This document shows positions 55,819-64,000 of a stretch of DNA of 64,000 nucleotides, in pieces (the stretch's first letter is position 1; every line of letters begins with the position of its first letter). The notes beneath the pieces were generated by a model that saw nothing but the letters and a program-made list of their open reading frames with translations, did not search any database and was not told where the DNA came from. The stretch spans positions 96,001-160,000 of the forward strand of contig JAVJQW010000043.1 in assembly GCA_040218735.1 (NCBI GenBank), written 5' to 3'. Both the position numbers and the translations under genes were made by a program. The DNA comes from Deltaproteobacteria bacterium (GTDB taxonomy: Bacteria > Myxococcota > Kuafuiibacteriia > Kuafuiibacteriales > Kuafuiibacteriaceae).

Positions 55819-56973
55819 ATGACGCTCCGATTCCCCGCTCTCCTGCTGTTCAGCGCCCTCGCGGCGTGCGGCGGTCGCACGCCGATGACCGACCTCACCA
55901 TGCCCGCCGGCGAGGACGAAACGACGGTGACCACGTCGCGCTCGGCGCTGCGCTCTCCGGTCGTGGCGATCGACACCAGCGGTCGCCGGATCCTCGCCGC
56001 GATCGACACGGTGGCCCGCTGGCCGACCTTCGTGGAATCCGACGGCCTGGAGGTCCCGTTCCCTCGCCTCGCGGGGGTGGAGGGGGAGACGACGGATCTC
56101 GCGATGGTGGCCGGGCCGAACGGGCTCGTGCACGCGGTGTGGACCACGGGGCGCGCGCTCTACTACGGCCGCCTGCATCCGGACGGCGCGGGCCGCAGCG
56201 AAGCCGTTCGCCGGCTGCAGGACGAACGCGCGTCGGCGCCGACGCTCGCCGTCTCGGATTGGGGTGACGTGTTCATCGTGTTCGTCGATGGGCACATCTC
56301 GCGCGAGCCGAACATCTTCGTGTCCACGTACCGCGGCAGCGTGGAGCAAGGCTTCGCGGGGCCGATGCGGGTCATGCCCGAGTGCTGCGACACGTGGACC
56401 GGCGACGCGTGGTACGCGAGCATCGGCACCGTCCGCTACGACGGCGGGCTCGTGCGCTTCGGGTACAGCTGGGGTGACCAGGGTGGCGGCTGGTCGTCCT
56501 ACGTCGAGCAGGGGCGCGGCTTCTACGAGTACGGTCGCGTCGAGAGCGCGGGGTACGCGGACCACGCCGGGGCGATCATGCCGCCGGGGCTCCCGGGGCT
56601 CCTCACGCTCAACCTCGAGCAAGACCGCTTGCAGCTGACCTCGTTCGGTCGTGTCCCGCAGCCGACGACCGTGCTCGAGGCGCCGGGCCTCGGGACAACG
56701 CACGTCGCGCAGGACGAGGTCGGGCAGAAACACGTCGTCGTGACCGAGATGAGCGACGAGCGGCGCGACATTCACTACCTCCGCGAGTACGAGGCTGGCC
56801 GGTGGTCGAAGCACATCCTCGTCGGCGCGGCGCTGGACCAGACCCTGGAGCTCACGCCGCGAGCGGGCGGGCTCGTCGTGACGGATACGCGTGTCTACGT
56901 CCCGTACACGGTCTACGACGCGGATCGCGAGCCGGTCTCGATCGCGGTGGCCGACTTCCGCAAGGCGAAGTAA
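55819..56973 (+). CDS. Hypothetical lipoprotein (beta-propeller/BNR-like)
   Basis: Lipobox ALAAC; repeated P.lAv...G.vhvvw blades. Confidence 0.7.
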   Translation: MTLRFPALLLFSALAACGGRTPMTDLTMPAGEDETTVTTSRSALRSPVVAIDTSGRRILAAIDTVARWPTFVESDGLEVPFPRLAGVEGETTDLAMVAGPNGLVHAVWTTGRALYYGRLHPDGAGRSEAVRRLQDERASAPTLAVSDWGDVFIVFVDGHISREPNIFVSTYRGSVEQGFAGPMRVMPECCDTWTGDAWYASIGTVRYDGGLVRFGYSWGDQGGGWSSYVEQGRGFYEYGRVESAGYADHAGAIMPPGLPGLLTLNLEQDRLQLTSFGRVPQPTTVLEAPGLGTTHVAQDEVGQKHVVVTEMSDERRDIHYLREYEAGRWSKHILVGAALDQTLELTPRAGGLVVTDTRVYVPYTVYDADREPVSIAVADFRKAK

Positions 56974-56982
56974 CGAAGAGCC

Positions 56983-57465
56983 ATCGACAAGGACGCGCTC
57001 ACGCAGCTCTACCGGGAGTACGGCCCGGTCGTGTATCGCCGGGCTCGGTTCCTCCTCGACAGCGACGAGGAGGCCCGGGATGCGATGCAGGAGGTCTTCC
57101 TGCGCGTGGCGCGTTCCCATGACACCTTCCGGGGCGACGCTCCGGTATTACACTGGATGTATCGCGTGACGACGAACCTGTGCCTCAACCGACTGCGCCA
57201 AGCGAAGCGGCACCCGGTCGTGCACGATCCGGAGGCCGTGCGGCGGCTGACGATCGACGCCGACGATCCGGCGGATCGGCAGGCGGTGCTGTTCGTGTTG
57301 TCGCGGTGCGACGCGCTCACGCAGTCGATCGCGGTGCACTACCACCTCGACGGGATGAAGATGGAGGAGGTCGCCAGCGTGGTCGGATGCTCGCGCAAGA
57401 CGGTGGGCAAGAAACTCGCGGCGTTCTCGGAGCGCGCACGACGGTTGTTGGAGGACGCGCGGTGA
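56983..57465 (+). CDS. ECF sigma factor
   Basis: LYREYGPVVYRRA..EARDAMQEVFLR..WMYRVTTNLCLN; DGMKMEEVA.VVG.SRKTV. Similarity begins at an ATC (56983); the first canonical start is GTG 57031. Confidence 0.88.
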   Translation: MDKDALTQLYREYGPVVYRRARFLLDSDEEARDAMQEVFLRVARSHDTFRGDAPVLHWMYRVTTNLCLNRLRQAKRHPVVHDPEAVRRLTIDADDPADRQAVLFVLSRCDALTQSIAVHYHLDGMKMEEVASVVGCSRKTVGKKLAAFSERARRLLEDAR

Positions 57466-58121
57466 CGGAGCACCTGAGTGACCTCGCGCTCGACGCGCTG
57501 AGACGGACCGGCGTCACGGACGGCGCTGACCACCTCGAGACCTGCGCGCGCTGTCGTTCGCGACAGGCGGCGCTCGCCGCAGAGGACGCGGTCTTCGAAG
57601 CGCGGTTCGTGCCGGAGCAACTCGCGGTCGACACACTCGCGGCCGCGGAGCGTCCGGTGCGTCGGTGGTGGCCGCGGATCGCCGTGGCGGCGGCTGCGTT
57701 TGCGGCGGTGGTGTTCGTGGTGTGGCCGCGCGGGACGGACGTACGGACGAAGGGCGCCGCGGACGTGGTCGCGCTTCACGTGTTGGACGGCGATCGCCGC
57801 GCGCCGGTGCTGGGCCCCGTCGATCCGCGCGCGCGCCTCGCGGTGCAGGTGCGCGGCCCCGGCTTCGCGCGGGTGCTCTGGGGCAGCTCCCCGGGCCGGT
57901 GGGATGCGCTGTTCCCGGCCGCCGACGCGAGGGCCTGGCGGGTAGAGGCGAACAGCTGGCTGCCGAACGAGGTGGTGCTGGACGGGGCCCCCGAGACCGA
58001 GGCGCTTGCGGTCGTGGTGTGTGACGAGGCGTTTTCGGACGCCGTCGCGCGCGAGCGGTTGGAACCGAACGCCGAGCTCGACGGCTGCCGAGTACAGCGG
58101 GTGACGATCGAGAAGCGATGA
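57462..58121 (+). CDS. Zinc-binding anti-sigma factor (HxxxCxxC) with TM and extracytoplasmic domain
   Basis: EHLSDLALD...DHLETCARC; TM; RTKG motif; GTGA overlap. Confidence 0.85.
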   Translation: MTEHLSDLALDALRRTGVTDGADHLETCARCRSRQAALAAEDAVFEARFVPEQLAVDTLAAAERPVRRWWPRIAVAAAAFAAVVFVVWPRGTDVRTKGAADVVALHVLDGDRRAPVLGPVDPRARLAVQVRGPGFARVLWGSSPGRWDALFPAADARAWRVEANSWLPNEVVLDGAPETEALAVVVCDEAFSDAVARERLEPNAELDGCRVQRVTIEKR

Positions 58122-59653
58122 GACGCTGGATGCTCATGGCGAGCGTCGCGACGGCGGCGCTGGCGACCACCTCGACGGCGCGCGCCTCGGACGCGCGGGT
58201 GGGCATCTTCGTCGGCAGCAACGGCGCCCCGTCGGGGCGGTCGCCGCTCCTCCACGCGGAGGCCGACGCCGCGCGCATGCGTGACGCGTTCGTGGAGCTC
58301 GGCGGGATCGAGCCGCGGGCCGCGCACCTCATCCGCGGGCCGGACGCCGAGCAGATCCTCGCGATGATCGAGCGCGCGGGGCGCGGCGCGAAGATGCTCG
58401 TCTTCTACTACTCGGGGCACGCCGACGAACGCGCTCTGCTCCTGGAGGGGTCGCAGCTTTCCTTCGCCGATCTCACGGAGGCGCTGGAGGCGACGGGCGC
58501 GCAACTCAATTTGCACATCGTCGACGCGTGTCGATCCGGAGCGCTCACGCGGAAGGGAGCGTCGCTCGGCGATCGACTCCAGCTCGCAGCGGAGGAGTAC
58601 GGCGAAGGCAAGGTCGTCATCACCTCCAGCGCCGAGTGGGAAGACTCGCTGGAGAGCGACCGCCTCGGCGGCTCGTTCTTCACGCTCCACATGGCGACGG
58701 GGCTCCGGGGCGCCGCCGACGCGGACGCCGACGGACGCGTGACGCTCGACGAGGCCTATCGCTACGTCTACGGGCGTACGGTCCAGAGCACCCTCGCGAG
58801 CGGCGGCGGCGTGCAGCACCCGACCTTCCGCTACGATCTCTCCGGGCGCGGCGACCTCACGCTCACCTGGCCCAACCGCGCGCGGGGAGTACTTCGGTTC
58901 CGCGACGGCGACTACGCCGTGACAGAGGCGGTCACCGGGCGCCTCGTCGCCGAAGTCGCCACGCCGGGCGCTGCGATCGGTCTCGCGCCGGGGCGCTACC
59001 ACGTCGTGCGCCGCGCGCGCGACGCGTTGTTCTCGGGCCACGTCGAGATCGCGGCCGGGTCGGACGTCCGGGCCGAGGACATACTCGAGGAACGCACTAC
59101 GTACGCGCGGCTGGTGCGCAAGGGCCGCCCCGACGGTCCGGTGCTCTCCCACGCGTTGCGCATGCAAGTTGGCTTGCGCGGCCGCATTGCTTCGGGGCTG
59201 GAGGCAGCGCCGATGTTTCGTGTCGGCTACGAGCTCGTCCTGCCGTGGCTCTCGGTGATGCCGTACGTCGGCGTGACCACGTCCGTCGGCTTCGACACCC
59301 CGCGGCTCTCGTACCGGACCAACGAGCTCGGCCTGGGGATGCTCGTCAGCCGCGCCATCGACTTCTCCTACGTCACGCTGCGCGGCGGCCTCGGCGCGGA
59401 GCTGGTGCGTCTCGCCCAGTCCGAAGCCGAGGGCCGCGAGCCCGACCGGCGCAGCTGGGGCCCCGCGTTCGTCGCGCACGTCGCGGTCGAGTCGGCGCCG
59501 ATCGCGGACGTCGTCACGTTTGCGCTCGTTACGGAGGCGTCGCTCTACGCGTATGCGTCGTCGGAGGCGACGGTCGCTCCCGACGTCGAGGAGGGGGCCA
59601 TCGTCACGCGTCCCACCTATCGCGCTCTGCTCGCGCTGGGGTATCACTTCTGA
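58118..59653 (+). CDS. Secreted caspase-family (peptidase C14) protein with C-terminal beta-barrel-like region
   Basis: Signal peptide; FYYSGHAD (His), VDACRSG (Cys); GSFFT..L.GAAD.D.DG.VTL.EAY; ends ALGYHF. Confidence 0.9.
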   Translation: MRRWMLMASVATAALATTSTARASDARVGIFVGSNGAPSGRSPLLHAEADAARMRDAFVELGGIEPRAAHLIRGPDAEQILAMIERAGRGAKMLVFYYSGHADERALLLEGSQLSFADLTEALEATGAQLNLHIVDACRSGALTRKGASLGDRLQLAAEEYGEGKVVITSSAEWEDSLESDRLGGSFFTLHMATGLRGAADADADGRVTLDEAYRYVYGRTVQSTLASGGGVQHPTFRYDLSGRGDLTLTWPNRARGVLRFRDGDYAVTEAVTGRLVAEVATPGAAIGLAPGRYHVVRRARDALFSGHVEIAAGSDVRAEDILEERTTYARLVRKGRPDGPVLSHALRMQVGLRGRIASGLEAAPMFRVGYELVLPWLSVMPYVGVTTSVGFDTPRLSYRTNELGLGMLVSRAIDFSYVTLRGGLGAELVRLAQSEAEGREPDRRSWGPAFVAHVAVESAPIADVVTFALVTEASLYAYASSEATVAPDVEEGAIVTRPTYRALLALGYHF

Positions 59654-60315
59654 TGATGCGTCGGGTCGTGCTCTTTGTGTCGCTGCTCGCGGCCTGCGGC
59701 GATCCGCTCGTCACGGAGCAGTACGCCGGGACGCCGACGTTCGAGATCGCGGGCGCCATCGTGCAGGCCAACGCGCGTATCCCGGCGAGCCACGGTGTGG
59801 CGAGCGCGCGCCTGTTCTGGATCGGCGCCGCGTCGTTGGACGGCGAGCAACCCGCCGAGCTCGGCGCCGGGTTCGCGGAGTTCTCGATGACGCTGTTCGA
59901 CCCACCGCCCCCCGCGGCGGCGGCGTTCTCGGACCGCGTCGACGTCGGGACGCTCGGCATCGCGGTCGTCGCGGTCTACGCCGACACCAACGACGATGCG
60001 CTCTTCGATCCCGAGGTCGACCGGCTGCTCGGCGCGAGCGCGCAGCACGTCGTCGTCTACACCAGCGACGGCGTCGACGCCGAAGACCCCGCGCACGCCT
60101 TCCTCGGCGCGTTGGAGCGCGGCTACCACGTCTTCGAGCACGACCGCGCGAGCACCTGCCGGTTCGTGCTCGCCGCCGACTGTGCGCCCGAGGGCGGCCT
60201 CGTACGCAGCGAGGACACCGGCGACGTGACGCTCACGCTGTGGGCCGAGCCGGGCGACGTTCAGGTCCCGGCGCCGGCGTTGGACGCCGACGTCAGCATC
60301 TGGTCCGCGCCGTAG
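59653..60315 (+). CDS. Hypothetical lipoprotein
   Basis: MMRRVVLFVSLLAAC lipobox; GDPLV..Y.G.P motif; TGATG overlap. Confidence 0.78.
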   Translation: MMRRVVLFVSLLAACGDPLVTEQYAGTPTFEIAGAIVQANARIPASHGVASARLFWIGAASLDGEQPAELGAGFAEFSMTLFDPPPPAAAAFSDRVDVGTLGIAVVAVYADTNDDALFDPEVDRLLGASAQHVVVYTSDGVDAEDPAHAFLGALERGYHVFEHDRASTCRFVLAADCAPEGGLVRSEDTGDVTLTLWAEPGDVQVPAPALDADVSIWSAP

Positions 60316-60350
60316 GCCGCGGGCCGGGCGAATCGCGTAGAGTAGGGCGC

Positions 60351-62054
60351 ATGGCTCGCCGCGCCGCGCTCCTGTCGCTCGCCTTCGCGCTCGCCTGCGC
60401 CAACCCCGAAGAGGAGGAGCCCGTGCGACGCGACGCCGGCCCGGACCGCGACGCGGGTCGCGTGCGCGATGGCGGCCCACGGGATGGTGGCGCGCGCGAC
60501 GGCGGTTCGCGCGACGGCGGTTCGCGCGACGCCGGCTCCCGGGACGGTGGCGAGCTCGTCGTACCCGTGAGCCTCGCGTACACCGCCGCGGATGAAGTCG
60601 GCCTCCGCGCGCTCTTCGTGACCGCGTCCTCGACGACCAGCTACGAGGTCACGCCGACGCTCGCGGGCGGTCCGACGATCGACAGCAAGGGGGGCCCGAC
60701 CGGCTCTGGGGTCTTCGGCTTCGAGTGGATCGAGTATGGCGACGGCCTCATCTACGAAGCGCAGCAGGACACGTACGACCGCCGCGAGATCTACTTCGCG
60801 TTCCACCCGAACGCGCGCTCGGAGCGCGTGACCTACAAGCAGAGCCGCAGCGACGCCGACGGTCCGACGAGCGGGTTCGGCCTCTTTCCGACGGGGCGGT
60901 GGCACTACTTCTATCAAATCGATCAGAGCCGGACGAACTTCTACATCCGGCACTCGGGAACCTCGACCGCCTCACGTCGACTCAACCGCGGGACGGTGCT
61001 GGGCCTCTCGATCTCCTCGGCCGACTACGTCGCGTACCAGGACATCGTCGTGGGCGGCCCGAGCGACGATCGGGATCTGTGGGTCGCGTCGCCGAGCGCG
61101 GAGCCGTTCCGCGTCAACGCCGGCGCCAACGTCGGCTTCGGGGGCTCGATGGCGTGGGCGCCGGGCGGGCGCGAGATCGCGTACAACGCCGACGAGAGGT
61201 TCAGCCGCGTCTTCGAGCTGTATCGCTACGACGTCACCTTCGGCGGCGCCGGCGCGCGGGAGCTGATGTTCTCACCGATGCAGGCGAACGCGGACGTCAC
61301 CGTGGGCCAGGGGTCGGTCCAGTACTCGCCGGCCAACACCCATCTCGCGTATCTCGCCGACGCCGACACCGACGAGCTCGTCGAGCTGTACGAGATCGAT
61401 CTCACCGAGTCGCCGCCGCGTACGCAGCACAAGATCAGCGGCGTGTTCACGGCGGGCGCGGACGGCGTGGACCGCTTCGACTACAGCCCGGACGGGACCT
61501 ACGTGGCGTACGTCGCGGACGTCGACACCCTAGGGCTCGGAGAGCTGTACGTCGCGCGCTCCGGGATGCAGGAGGCGGTACGCATGCACCCCGCGCTCGC
61601 GGCGGGTGAACGCGTCATCGGGGAGCGCTGGCTCGAAGATGACCGCATCGCGTTCATCGTGTTGGGCAACGGCGCCCGCCGCGCTTTCGTCGCGGACCTC
61701 GCGACGTTCCCACCCGGCCCCGCGACCGAGCTTTCGAACCCGCCGTTCCAGTTCGCCGCGGCGAACCGATCGCCGTCCGGCCGCTACGTCGTCTACGTCG
61801 ACGACGCCTCGCCGCGAAACCTGTGGATGACGGACCTCACGGCGACCCCGCTCACGCAAACGATGGTGATCGCGAACGCGACGACATGGTGCTGGAGCTT
61901 CGATGACCAGCTCGCGGTCATCACGCAGCCGGACGGCGGCGACCGGACGCGCCTCGAGCTGATCCGCGACGTCGCGGCGCCCGCGCCGGTGTGGATCCGG
62001 ACGCCCGACGATCTCAACGTGCTGAATTGTAAGTTCGCACCCGAAGGGGAGTAA
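60351..62054 (+). CDS. Lipoprotein with RDGG repeats and TolB/PD40-like propeller
   Basis: Lipobox ALAC; repeats WAPGG.EIAY.AD...FELY, YSPAN..LAY.ADAD...VELY, YSPDG.YVAY.AD...GELY. Confidence 0.8.
   Translation: MARRAALLSLAFALACANPEEEEPVRRDAGPDRDAGRVRDGGPRDGGARDGGSRDGGSRDAGSRDGGELVVPVSLAYTAADEVGLRALFVTASSTTSYEVTPTLAGGPTIDSKGGPTGSGVFGFEWIEYGDGLIYEAQQDTYDRREIYFAFHPNARSERVTYKQSRSDADGPTSGFGLFPTGRWHYFYQIDQSRTNFYIRHSGTSTASRRLNRGTVLGLSISSADYVAYQDIVVGGPSDDRDLWVASPSAEPFRVNAGANVGFGGSMAWAPGGREIAYNADERFSRVFELYRYDVTFGGAGARELMFSPMQANADVTVGQGSVQYSPANTHLAYLADADTDELVELYEIDLTESPPRTQHKISGVFTAGADGVDRFDYSPDGTYVAYVADVDTLGLGELYVARSGMQEAVRMHPALAAGERVIGERWLEDDRIAFIVLGNGARRAFVADLATFPPGPATELSNPPFQFAAANRSPSGRYVVYVDDASPRNLWMTDLTATPLTQTMVIANATTWCWSFDDQLAVITQPDGGDRTRLELIRDVAAPAPVWIRTPDDLNVLNCKFAPEGE
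60429..60551 (+). repeat. Coding 15-bp-type repeat encoding RD(A/G)G(S/P/A)
   Basis: RDAGPD RDAGRV RDGGP RDGGA RDGGS RDGGS RDAGS RDGG. Confidence 0.85.
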
Positions 62055-62109
62055 CCGCCGAGGGAAACCGTAGGGAAGGTCTCGCCCCGGCCGGCGTACT
62101 CCTACTCCT

Positions 62110-63129
62110 GTGCAAGCGGTGTTCGAGATACGGACCTACTGGCATGGCGACCTCCTGGAGGTTGCCCACACCCCCTCGGCCACGGAGGGGCGCCGCGAGG
62201 AGGGCCCGCTGACGGTCGTCGTCGAGCGGGTCAAACGCACGCTCCCCAGGCCCCTCGCGCTCCCGGCCGACTACGCGTTCGCGCGCGTGCTGTGCCTCAC
62301 GGCCATCGTCGAGCTCGTGCTCTTCGGCGCCTTCCTACTCACGCCGAAGAACGACCTGCTCTACGTGCTCGGAGATGAGCTCGGGACCATGAAGTCGCTG
62401 CCGGGGCCCGACTGGGTCGGTCACACCCGCCACGCGATCTTCGCGGGGCCGTCCGGGACCCCCGACGGCGGCGGCGGCGGCGCTCGACGCCGCGGGCCGC
62501 TCTTGCGCTCTCCGCCCGGGTCGCGAACCTACCAGCGCCCCGAGGTCCCGAAGGGGCTCCTCGCGATGCTCGCGACCTCGAAGGTCGACTCCAAGATGTG
62601 GTCTGCCTTTTCCGTGAGCAGCAGCGGCGTCGAAGGCGGCGTCGAAGCCGGCGTCCTCGGCACGCTGGTCGGCGGCTCCATCGAGAACACCTACGGATCG
62701 GGTGGCCTCGGCCTGCGCGGCACCGGCCGCGGCGGCGGCGGGACCGGCGAAGGGGTCATCGGCCTCGGGTCTGTCGGCGTCATCGGGCGCGGTGCGGGCG
62801 GCGGCGGCGTGGGTTATGGCCGCCTCGGCGGCCTGGCCAAGAAGCGCAAGAAGCGCAAGGACGACCCCAACACCCGCGTCGTCTACTGCAAGGAGATCGT
62901 CGACTTCGTCCTCGAGCTGATGCCCGACGACGGCGACGATCGCCCCTCTCGCGCCGCCCTCTACCGCACCTGCCGCAGCACCGTCGGCACGACCGCGATG
63001 GAAGGCATGACCTGCATCGGCAAGGCGAAGGACGAACACGACGGGCGCATCGAGCTGCTGCTCCGTTGCGGCGACAAACTCCCGAAGCGCTTCAAGGATG
63101 CGCTGAAGAAAGAAGGCATGCGCGAGTGA
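62110..63129 (+). CDS. Membrane protein with AgmX/GltG-like Gly-rich linker and Cys-containing C-terminal domain
   Basis: YWHGDLLEVAH N-terminus; TM; GGLGLRGTGRGGGGTGEGVIGLG linker. Confidence 0.6.
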   Translation: MQAVFEIRTYWHGDLLEVAHTPSATEGRREEGPLTVVVERVKRTLPRPLALPADYAFARVLCLTAIVELVLFGAFLLTPKNDLLYVLGDELGTMKSLPGPDWVGHTRHAIFAGPSGTPDGGGGGARRRGPLLRSPPGSRTYQRPEVPKGLLAMLATSKVDSKMWSAFSVSSSGVEGGVEAGVLGTLVGGSIENTYGSGGLGLRGTGRGGGGTGEGVIGLGSVGVIGRGAGGGGVGYGRLGGLAKKRKKRKDDPNTRVVYCKEIVDFVLELMPDDGDDRPSRAALYRTCRSTVGTTAMEGMTCIGKAKDEHDGRIELLLRCGDKLPKRFKDALKKEGMRE

Positions 63130-63132
63130 CGC

Positions 63133-64000
63133 TCACGCGTCGAGCCAGAGGTCGTGCGCCCGGCTGCTGACGGGGGCGACCGTCAGCGTCTGTCCGTCCC
63201 AGACCAACGCCGACTCCGCGAGGTTCACCGTTGGGCACACGTGCTTCGGAACGAGCCGGACCGCGGTGCCGAGCGGGAGCGGCGCCCCGTCGACGCGACA
63301 CGGGAGGTGCTCCTCGCTCGGCGTCAGCGCGGTCAGCTCCGGGTGGTCGAGTACGGCCGCGCACGGATCGCCGGCCGCGGCGTCGATGGCCTTGCTCCCC
63401 GCGTCGAGCGTGAGCATCCCAGGCGCCGGGTGACTCACGACGCGCGCGACCACCTGCGCCGCGGACTCGAAGTCGAGCTCCTCGCAGGTGTCGGTGCGCA
63501 GGTCGTCGTAGACCACCGTGCCCGGTGAGACGCGATGGGCGGCGGACAGCGTCGTGAACGGCTCGTACGTGAGCGCCGCGGCGAACGACGGGGTTCCGCT
63601 CGTGACCAGCTCGGGCACGACGAAGCGCTCTTCGAGGCGCAACATCGTCGCCATCAACGGTTCGTAGGCGGCGCGGCACTGCGCGCGTCGCGCTTCCGTA
63701 GAGCCAGAGTGCACGTGACCTTCGTAGGCGTGAACACCGAGGAAGCGATGTCCGGCCGCGTTCACGATGCGTTCGATGGTCTCCACCCGATCCACCGGGA
63801 CGCCGGTGCGGTTCATGCCGACGTTCACGTCGACGAACAGCCCCAGCTCCGAGGGCACCGCGGAGGCGTGGTCGGCGTCCTCCGTGAGCACCGAGAGTCG
63901 GACGCCCCGGTGCTTGCGCGCGAGTGTGGCGAGTCGTTGGAGCGCCGGTCCCTGGTGCGGATACGCGACGAGCACGTCCGCGCCGTCGTCCACGACCGAC
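63133..64000 (-). CDS. PLP-dependent alanine-racemase-fold enzyme (D-threonine aldolase/DSD1-like), partial
   Basis: DVLVAYP, VDVNVGMNRTG, GVHAYEGH, TSGTPS, SPGTVVY.D, LDAGSKA, SEEH, PKHVCPTVNL. Confidence 0.88.
   Translation of the reverse strand, partial: SVVDDGADVLVAYPHQGPALQRLATLARKHRGVRLSVLTEDADHASAVPSELGLFVDVNVGMNRTGVPVDRVETIERIVNAAGHRFLGVHAYEGHVHSGSTEARRAQCRAAYEPLMATMLRLEERFVVPELVTSGTPSFAAALTYEPFTTLSAAHRVSPGTVVYDDLRTDTCEELDFESAAQVVARVVSHPAPGMLTLDAGSKAIDAAAGDPCAAVLDHPELTALTPSEEHLPCRVDGAPLPLGTAVRLVPKHVCPTVNLAESALVWDGQTLTVAPVSSRAHDLWLDA

Noticed and set aside
330-63993. Numerous long antisense and alternate-frame ORFs (e.g. 330..2477 -, 16007..18043 -, 33556..35769 +, 46084..47850 -, 57776..59647 -)
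   Set aside because: Arg/Ala/Pro-rich shadow ORFs expected at about 70% GC; each overlaps a motif-supported gene.

Overview
High-GC (roughly 70%), gene-dense bacterial window with Myxococcota-like gene content: three Hanks-type Ser/Thr kinases, FHA- and REC-type sigma54 activators, two ECF/anti-sigma/clan-CD protease modules and many lipoproteins. Housekeeping genes include lnt, fdhD, a POT transporter, a LeuA-like synthase, tldD/tldE and tyrS. I found no rRNA, tRNA or CRISPR array. The strongest candidate for an undescribed system is at 29.1-38.7 kb. It is a co-oriented minus-strand run: ECF sigma, anti-sigma, papain-fold (Tox-PL-like) effector, a lipoprotein with anthrax protective-antigen/binary-toxin-B-like motifs, and an LRR-like protein. 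A lipoprotein TPR-CHAT protease lies divergent to it, and an identical promoter-like motif (TGCCACGAAAC-N11-GCAC) precedes both the anti-sigma and the PA-like gene. Other notable items are a 1.2-kb degenerate 13-bp satellite next to an HNH gene, a TldD that has lost all its metal ligands, a kinase/binding-protein/TonB-receptor operon, and a gene duplicated at exactly 1200 bp offset that keeps its sigma54 promoter and palindromic UAS. All family calls come from motif recognition by eye, with no database search.
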